Source: an uncultured Planctomycetaceae bacterium
Lineage (GTDB): Bacteria; Planctomycetota; Planctomycetia; Planctomycetales; Planctomycetaceae
DNA length: 64,000 bases
Assembly: GCA_963815195.1 (NCBI GenBank)
Contig: CAWFGE010000020.1
Coordinates: forward strand, 288,001-352,000
Direction of reading: 5' to 3'
Part shown: positions 57,519 through 64,000 of the stretch, piece after piece
Position numbering within the stretch: position 1 is the stretch's first letter
Layout: each line of letters opens with the position of its first letter
The notes under the pieces: model-generated
Told to the model about the DNA's origin: nothing
Database searches by the model: none
What the model saw: only the letters and a program-made list of their open reading frames with translations
Made by a program: the position numbers and the translations under genes

Positions 57519-58666
57519 TGGCTGGCTCTCGGGAATTTGGTTTGCTGTTGATCGCGGGGTCGCATACGCATCAAGAGAATTATGCGCGGGCGTTTGGGGC
57601 GGATCCGCGCTGCCGATTGGTGGGATTGACCGATGAGGCGGAGATTTCGCCCCGGCGGAAGGAACTCAATCAGCGGTTGGCGCGGGAACTTGAGATCCCC
57701 TGGCTGCCGGATTTCGAGGAGGCGGTTTCGCGGAAGGATGTCGATCTGGTGAGCGTCTGCCCAGAACCGGAACGCCGGGCGGATTTGGCGGTTAGGTGTG
57801 CGAAGGCGGGGAAGCATCTTTACGTGGACAAGCCGCTCGCGACGAGTTCCCAAGCGGCCCGGCAAGTCGTGGAAGCGGTTCGGGACGCGAACGTTCACAG
57901 CCAGGTTTTCAGCCTGGTCCGCATGTCGATGGCTCAGCGGGCCAAGGCGATTTTGGAATCCGGGGAACTGGGCGATCTGTTGGGACTGCACTCTGAACTG
58001 TTGTTTGCCAAGGGCATCTCCGGGACGGCGGATTTGTCAAAGCCCCGCCGCGAAACAGCCGAGGCCGGGCGGTTCACGTTTCTGGATTCCAAGCGGGAAC
58101 TCTACTGCGTGGGCTGGTATCCGCTGATTCTGTTTGGGTGGTTGACGGGTTTCCGGTTCACGAGCGTGGCGGGAACGACGGCGAACTATTTCTTTGCCGA
58201 GCATCAGAAAAATGATGTCGAGGATTTCGCCTGCTTAATGCTCGGGATGGAACAGAACATCGAAGCCACGATCACCGTGGGCCGCAGCGGTTGGTCGAGC
58301 CATCCCACGCATGGCGTCCATCAACTGCATCTCGTGGGCACGAAAGGCTCCGTCACGTTGGATGCTTACGAGCCGCGCTTCGAAGTCTGGAGCGATGCCC
58401 CGCCTTGGACGCAGCCGGAAAAACCCCACCCCGAAGACCCGATGGGGTTCTGGTCGAGCACCCAAGCCGAGGGCGGCGTCCGGCCGAAGAAGAACTGGTT
58501 TCCGGTCGATCCTCTGGCGGTTGCCGACGCCGCGTGTTTTCTCGATTGCCTGGAACAAGACCGGGACAGCGATGTGCCCGTGTCCCGCGCAGCCCATGCG
58601 GTCGATGTGATCCTCGCCGGCTACCGCGCCGCCGCTACGGGGGAAACGATCGATTTGGAATCGTAA
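57518..58666 (+). CDS. Gfo/Idh/MocA family oxidoreductase
   Basis: VDLVSVC and AGKHLYVDKPLA motifs; start overlaps the cupin stop codon. Confidence 0.85.
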   Translation: MAGSREFGLLLIAGSHTHQENYARAFGADPRCRLVGLTDEAEISPRRKELNQRLARELEIPWLPDFEEAVSRKDVDLVSVCPEPERRADLAVRCAKAGKHLYVDKPLATSSQAARQVVEAVRDANVHSQVFSLVRMSMAQRAKAILESGELGDLLGLHSELLFAKGISGTADLSKPRRETAEAGRFTFLDSKRELYCVGWYPLILFGWLTGFRFTSVAGTTANYFFAEHQKNDVEDFACLMLGMEQNIEATITVGRSGWSSHPTHGVHQLHLVGTKGSVTLDAYEPRFEVWSDAPPWTQPEKPHPEDPMGFWSSTQAEGGVRPKKNWFPVDPLAVADAACFLDCLEQDRDSDVPVSRAAHAVDVILAGYRAAATGETIDLES

Positions 58667-58682
58667 TCCAAACGGCGGCGGT

Positions 58683-60215
58683 TCATCTTTGACCGAAGTT
58701 TTCGGCCGGGCTGGATTGGTTCCATTCAGGCGGAACGTTTCGTGCGGCCGGCTCCGAAGGCATTGAGCCTTGGCTTTGCGGTGGAACGGCGGGCGTCACT
58801 GGTCCTGGTTCAGAGAAGGGCGTGCCGGGGGGCGATTCTTGCCAAGTGGGGAACATGGCTCCCGGGCCGGCGGCCATGCCGATCTGGGCCGCCTTTTCGG
58901 CCGCCGACTGCGCGGCCGCCGTCTTCGCCCGATTCGGCACGTCGTGCGTAAAGCTGGCTTGCTCAATCCCGGACGGCGACGAGGCGGACGCCGAAACCGC
59001 CGGCGAAGTTTGCGGCCAGGCTTGGGGCAGCGTATTCCACTCGGGTGCCTCGGCTTTTTGGTTTCCGGCGTTCCATTCCGGCGGCTGCGGCTGTTGATCG
59101 AGCGTGTTCCACTCGGCGTTGATCACGGCCGACGGCGGGACTTGCGACGAGCGGTTCGCCGTCATGCCCGCCGGACGAGGTTGGGGATCCTGATTGCGAT
59201 CCGCCTGTCCCGCGGCGACGAAGGCATCGGTGATTTCCGCTTTGGGAAACGGACGCGGCACGACGCGGACTTCCGTTTCGGTAGGAGACTGTCGGGGATA
59301 ATTCGGCAAACCCGCCCGCGCGCCCGCGATCGACGCGGCCGATTCGGAGCGAAGGCTCGGTTCGCGGTGCCGGCGGTCGGTGAGGTTTTGCAAGCGGGTG
59401 AGTTCCATTTTCTCCTGGAGTGAGTCCAGGTTGTCGGGCGTCAACTGGGCGGTTTGTTTCCCCGTGTCCGCGGAAAGATTCGCCGGCCGGCGCGGTTGGC
59501 GAGCGAAATCGGCGGCGGAATCCGCTCCCCCGGGATCGTTCGGGAACAAACGAGCCAGCGTCGTTTGCGCCTGGCGGGGAGGCATCAGGTTCGACAAAAC
59601 CCGCTCGGCCCGGACGGGATCGGAAAGCAGCGACAAATTTTCCTCGACGTGCGGGTGCTTGGGATCGACATCGAGGGCCCGTTCGAGACAGAGTTGGCTT
59701 TCACGGGCCCGGCCTTGCAGAAAATACGAATAGCCCAAATCGTTGAGCAGGTCGGCATCGGTCGGTTTCCCGCGGAGGGCGATTCGGTAATGTTTCTCCG
59801 CGGCGGAATATTCGCCCGCCCGGTCCGCGAGAATCGCCAGGCGGTGATGGGCTTCCGGATGGTTGGGCTGTTCGGAAAGGACTTGCTCGTAAGCGTGTTT
59901 TGCCTCCAAAACGCGGCCGTGGGCGTCGGCATCATAACCGCGTTTAAGCAGCCGCTCGAGGGACGCGTCGGAACGCCGGGCCTGCTGCAATTCGTCCCCG
60001 TCGCGGCGGCCCGGTTCGGATCCGCGCAACGCGAAAGCTCCGTGGCCGTTTCCCAATCCGGCGGGATCGTCGTTCGAGAACGAAAACGGCGTCTCGAAGC
60101 TTTCCCGGCCGGTCCGCTCGCCGAATTGCTCGCGCCGGTTGAACAGCGGACTCTGGCATCCCCAAACGGGCAAGAGGCCGGCGAACAAACAGAATTGAAT
60201 CAAACGCACCATCAT
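58683..60215 (-). CDS. TPR-repeat lipoprotein with a long Pro/Gln/Ala-rich tail
   Basis: Lipobox-like VWGC; TPRs AHHRLAILAD and LLNDLGYSYFLQG. Confidence 0.75.
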   Translation of the reverse strand: MMVRLIQFCLFAGLLPVWGCQSPLFNRREQFGERTGRESFETPFSFSNDDPAGLGNGHGAFALRGSEPGRRDGDELQQARRSDASLERLLKRGYDADAHGRVLEAKHAYEQVLSEQPNHPEAHHRLAILADRAGEYSAAEKHYRIALRGKPTDADLLNDLGYSYFLQGRARESQLCLERALDVDPKHPHVEENLSLLSDPVRAERVLSNLMPPRQAQTTLARLFPNDPGGADSAADFARQPRRPANLSADTGKQTAQLTPDNLDSLQEKMELTRLQNLTDRRHREPSLRSESAASIAGARAGLPNYPRQSPTETEVRVVPRPFPKAEITDAFVAAGQADRNQDPQPRPAGMTANRSSQVPPSAVINAEWNTLDQQPQPPEWNAGNQKAEAPEWNTLPQAWPQTSPAVSASASSPSGIEQASFTHDVPNRAKTAAAQSAAEKAAQIGMAAGPGAMFPTWQESPPGTPFSEPGPVTPAVPPQSQGSMPSEPAARNVPPEWNQSSPAENFGQR

Positions 60216-60470
60216 GGCAAATCCGCCTTCCGCGCACCATGCCCATCGCCTCAGTGAAGCTGAAGCGCAACGGCACATGGGCACCATGCCGCCCGGTTTT
60301 CGTTCGTCCAAAGGCGAAGAAACAAAGCGGCAAAACGAGAATTGAGGAGTTATTTGGGTGAGAGATTGAGAAGAGCGGGGAAATCTAGCGGCGTTCGGCG
60401 ATTCTGTCGAGATGAGAATTCCCAACTTTTTTGAGCTTGCAGGAGGGGTTTTGTCCAGATCGGACGTTTC

Positions 60471-61650
60471 TCACTGTGCCTCGGCGACCATCAATTGGGT
60501 CCAGGGGCCTTGATTGACGTTGTAATAGATGCGCTTTCCGTCCGCGCTGAAGGCGGGGTGCGGATGGTTGTGCCGCCAGGTCTTGGCTCCCTGCGTGTTG
60601 TCAAAGACATCGAGCACGACGTATTCATCCTTGATCATCGAGCCGACCGCGATTGCCCAATGGCCGGGTTTTCCAAACGGGCGTTTCGTCACGTCCGCAT
60701 CGGTCACGAACACCCGACCGTCCGGCGATACCGAGGGGTGGTTGGAGATGCAGGACCGGGCGTGGCGGGTGGTGTTTCCCGTTTTAAGATCGATCGTGAT
60801 GTTGCCGATCTCAAACAGCGACTTTCCGCCCGGAGTCCAGGAAGGATGTCCCCACTTCTCGAATAGTCGAATCAGCTTGCCCTGTTCGAGATCGTAGACG
60901 ATCTTCCCCGCGCAGGCTGGCCGACTTGGAGCGAAAGTTGTTTCCGCCGCCGGGCCGCGAGAGTTTAAAGAAGACTTTTTTCTCGTCGGCGCTCAGGATG
61001 GGAAAGAAGATGGAGATGTCCTTGGTCCCGAATGTTTCCGCGATCCAATCGCCGTGCTCCCGCACCACGTCCTCGACTTTGACGGCGGTCTTGAGTTCGC
61101 CGGTGACGACATCGACCAGTTCCAGATCACGGTGCGGCCCCGGGTTCCAATGGCAGCCATAGATCGGGGCCAATTTCCCCGTCGGGGAGCCGAACCCCAG
61201 TTGCCGATCTTCCGCGAGAACCCGCTCCTCCCCGGTCGCAATATCCACTGCGATAACCGTCCATCGCCCGTCCCGGCAATCGTGGTACAGCACGATCTTG
61301 CCGCCGTTGCTCCACTGCTGGCAGGCCGCGCGGTGGGCATCTTCGGCGGTGATCTCGCGGGCGATGATCGTTTCCCGCCCGGTCGCGCGTTCCTGAATCC
61401 GAAGATCCCCTTTTTCGCCGTCGCGGGTCCCGGAGGTGTAATACAACACATATTTGCCGTCGGGACTTTCGGGGCTGGTGTTGAAATACGAATGGATGAC
61501 ATGCCGATCCCCCAAGTCCGCCACGGGATGAATCCGCGGCGATTTCCACCCCTGCAAAGCCGGGTCCGACTGGGCCCAGAGCGGCGAGAGAAAGAAGAAA
61601 CTCGCCACTAACGCCGCGGCGATCGGTTTGTGCAGGGCGGTTTTCTGCAT
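60471..61650 (-). CDS. Exported TolB-like / oligogalacturonate-lyase-like beta-propeller (frameshift near 60910)
   Basis: Signal peptide; HSYFNTSPESPDG; C-terminal HPHPAFSADGKRIYYN. Confidence 0.7.
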
Positions 61651-61739
61651 CGGAGCGGGTACCTTGTGCTGGAATTCGCGGAGGGTGGACATCGCGTGCC
61701 CATTGATTGCCATTTGCAGATTGGCGGGAAATGCCCGCT

Positions 61740-62264
61740 TCACTCTTCCTTCTTTTCAAAGCGATCCAGCCCCGCAAGGTGAGCCAAACGCCTTCCCAGT
61801 TCGTACACTTCCGCGCCACTTCCATCCGCCATGCTCCCAGTGTGCCGATAGACTTTGTGGTAACGGTCGTCTCGGTAGCCTTCGATGGACCAGCAGTCGC
61901 CATCCATCACCGGGCGTGCGGCGTCGCGGGTCGGCTGTTTCCAAAAACCGAATTCCACCCACGCACTCATCTGCTCCCATTGGAGATGCGTGAGGGGCCT
62001 CTCGAGCGTCTGGGCCGGTTCCCAATTTCCTCGCTCGTCCCATCCGAAGACATGGCTTTTAATCTCAGAGCGGTCGCGATAGTGATCAATGCGAACTGTG
62101 AGTTGTTCTCGAACGACGCCGCGTGCCTGCCAGTTCGCAACATAGGACTCGACAATCGCGGTCCGCCGTGCCAAGTTCCGGAACTCGCGAAGAGCCGTGT
62201 CGGCGCTCACGGCGTCGCATTCCTCCCTCCACTGCTTCAAAAGCTCGCGACGCGGATCACCCAT
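61740..62264 (-). CDS. Hypothetical protein
   Basis: 174-aa ORF with GFW and MDGDCWSIEG, co-oriented with its neighbours. Confidence 0.5.
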   Translation of the reverse strand: MGDPRRELLKQWREECDAVSADTALREFRNLARRTAIVESYVANWQARGVVREQLTVRIDHYRDRSEIKSHVFGWDERGNWEPAQTLERPLTHLQWEQMSAWVEFGFWKQPTRDAARPVMDGDCWSIEGYRDDRYHKVYRHTGSMADGSGAEVYELGRRLAHLAGLDRFEKKEE

Positions 62265-62341
62265 CGTCCCTTCCTCCCACTTTTTGGCGATTCGCAGAGT
62301 CCGCTGTGCAGAGCCTACGGAACTGTGCGGATCCTACGCGG

Positions 62342-62500
62342 TTACCCCTGGCGGTCCAGTTCGGCGAACAGCTCGCGAAGCGGCAGTGCGAAGCCCGGCA
62401 GCACCGAACCGCCGTCGAGCGTGTCGTTCTCGTTTAGGATACCATGATCATCGACATCGGTGTAGACGGTCACGGTCGGCGGGCATGCGGTGTTCGACGA
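62342..62500 (-). pseudogene. Uma2 family C-terminal remnant
   Basis: TVTVYT...LDGGSVLPGFALPLRELF is the typical Uma2 C-terminus; no N-terminal part is visible. Confidence 0.65.
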
Positions 62501-62843
62501 AGTCAGGCGACGTCTTCTCATCGCGATGGATGCCAAAAACAAAAGCCGAGCGTCGCAGTATTCTTTTGACGAGTTATGCTGTCAGGCCCTCTAGAATGCC
62601 ACGGATCCGCCGGACCCTTTCGATTCCTCGTCGCCGTTCTTTGTCGTGCCGGCTGCTTTCCGCTTGGCGCGGGCGGTCGGCATTACGGTCGAGACGATCG
62701 CGACCGTATTCGGTTCCTAAAAAACGGGCTTCTTGCTGTGGGGATGAAACCGCTCTGGCTCTGCGCAAGTTAACACTGGTGCAATCCCAGCATTGTATGC
62801 ATGATGGAGGTGCGTGACTTGATCCACAAACCAGCGAGCCGCC

Positions 62844-64000
62844 ATGCGACAAACCCTCGAAAGCCTTCGCAGATCCGCCCGGCTGGCGCTGATCGGTCTT
62901 CTTGTTCCCGGTCTGGCTGAAGCGGCCGATGCCGGGCAGAGTCTCGAAGCGTCGTTCAAAGCCCAGGTGCAGCCGTTCTTCAAAGAATACTGCGTGCATT
63001 GCCACAACGCGGACGATGCGACCTCCGGCGTGCGGGTCGATCATCTGAACCCGGCCCTCGAAGACCCGCAGATCAAGTTGTGGGAAGCCGTTCGCCGGCA
63101 ACTGGGCAAACACAACATGCCGCCCAAAGACGAGCTCCAGCCGTCCCAGGCGGACCGGCAGCGAATGCTCGACTGGATCGACGAGGCCTTGAAAACCGCC
63201 CGCGCGCGGCCGGTCCCCAAGAACGGCGGAGCGCGGCGGCTGACCGTTTCGCAGTACCGCAACACCCTCCGCGAGTTGTTGCTCCTGAAAGATGATCTGA
63301 CCGATGCCCTGCCGCCGGACGCGGTGTCGAAAGACGGCTTTGTGAACAACCGCGAAACGTTGGGGCTCTCGCCGCTGTTGTTGGAAGCCTATTTCGACAT
63401 CGCCGAGAAATCGCTCGATCGCTCGATCGTCGACCCGACGTCGAAGCCCAGGATTCAAAACTTCCGCGTCGAATTGGGGCGGGGCATCAATTCCGACCCG
63501 TGCCCCGACAACCTGATCCTGGGAGCGAACAGTTTGCTCTTGGAGAACGAGGACTTCACCGTCACGCAGTTGACGCCCGAAAAGCCGTTCGACTTCGAGC
63601 CGATGGCCATGCGGACGAAGTACCGCTTCATCGAGGGCTATCAGGGCAACGCGACCGTGCGCGGCTGGCGGGATTACGACAGCATCTACCACGCGGTCTT
63701 CGCCTGCATGCGGGGCGCCCGCGGCTATCCCAAGGGGGAGCCTTACGGCACGGTTCCCGAAGGGCTGCTGCTCCGGCCCGCGATTCCCAGTGCCGAGGTC
63801 TTCGGCGTCGACAGCACCTACGGACCGCAGGCGAATTTTAAAATCTCTCTCAGGGAACTTCCCGACGCCGGAAGTTTTCGTGTGACCGTCACCGCGGCAA
63901 AATACGACGACGGCTTGCTGCTCGATCCCGGCACGTCTTCGCAACCTGACGATGCGGCCGGCCGCGTGGTTTATCGCGATCCAAAAGACTCGCAAGCGGT
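62844..64000 (+). CDS. Planctomycete cytochrome c / DUF1587-DUF1592 family protein (partial, runs off the window)
   Basis: Manual translation from ATG 62844: signal peptide, [33 protein letters not shown]. Absent from the ORF track because it has no stop in the window. Confidence 0.85.
   Translation, partial: MRQTLESLRRSARLALIGLLVPGLAEAADAGQSLEASFKAQVQPFFKEYCVHCHNADDATSGVRVDHLNPALEDPQIKLWEAVRRQLGKHNMPPKDELQPSQADRQRMLDWIDEALKTARARPVPKNGGARRLTVSQYRNTLRELLLLKDDLTDALPPDAVSKDGFVNNRETLGLSPLLLEAYFDIAEKSLDRSIVDPTSKPRIQNFRVELGRGINSDPCPDNLILGANSLLLENEDFTVTQLTPEKPFDFEPMAMRTKYRFIEGYQGNATVRGWRDYDSIYHAVFACMRGARGYPKGEPYGTVPEGLLLRPAIPSAEVFGVDSTYGPQANFKISLRELPDAGSFRVTVTAAKYDDGLLLDPGTSSQPDDAAGRVVYRDPKDSQA

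Overview
A GC-rich bacterial window that looks planctomycetal: it has PVC-type heme-binding CxxCH proteins, an LEPR-XLL secreted protein, a DUF1592-type cytochrome c protein and methanofuran-linked C1-transfer genes. Most of it is housekeeping or metabolic (carB, fwdD/fwdB, fwdA, clpX, glnE-like, hisG/hisI, cysC, GH57-galT-GH57, tRNA-Asp). The top finding is an apparently complete, stand-alone retron on the minus strand (42437-44004). It has a sigma70-type promoter, a ~170-nt msr/msd-like ncRNA bounded by 13-bp a1/a2 inverted repeats, and a YADD reverse transcriptase with a long N-terminal extension, but no adjacent effector gene. Also notable are a class III nucleotide cyclase-TM-NACHT fusion, an intact ISKra4-like IS with a 9-bp target duplication, a REP doublet flanked by a duplicated hisG 5' end, and several structured repeat families. 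About 11 single-base frameshifts, some in essential genes, suggest assembly indel errors. All family calls come from motif recognition by eye, not database searches.
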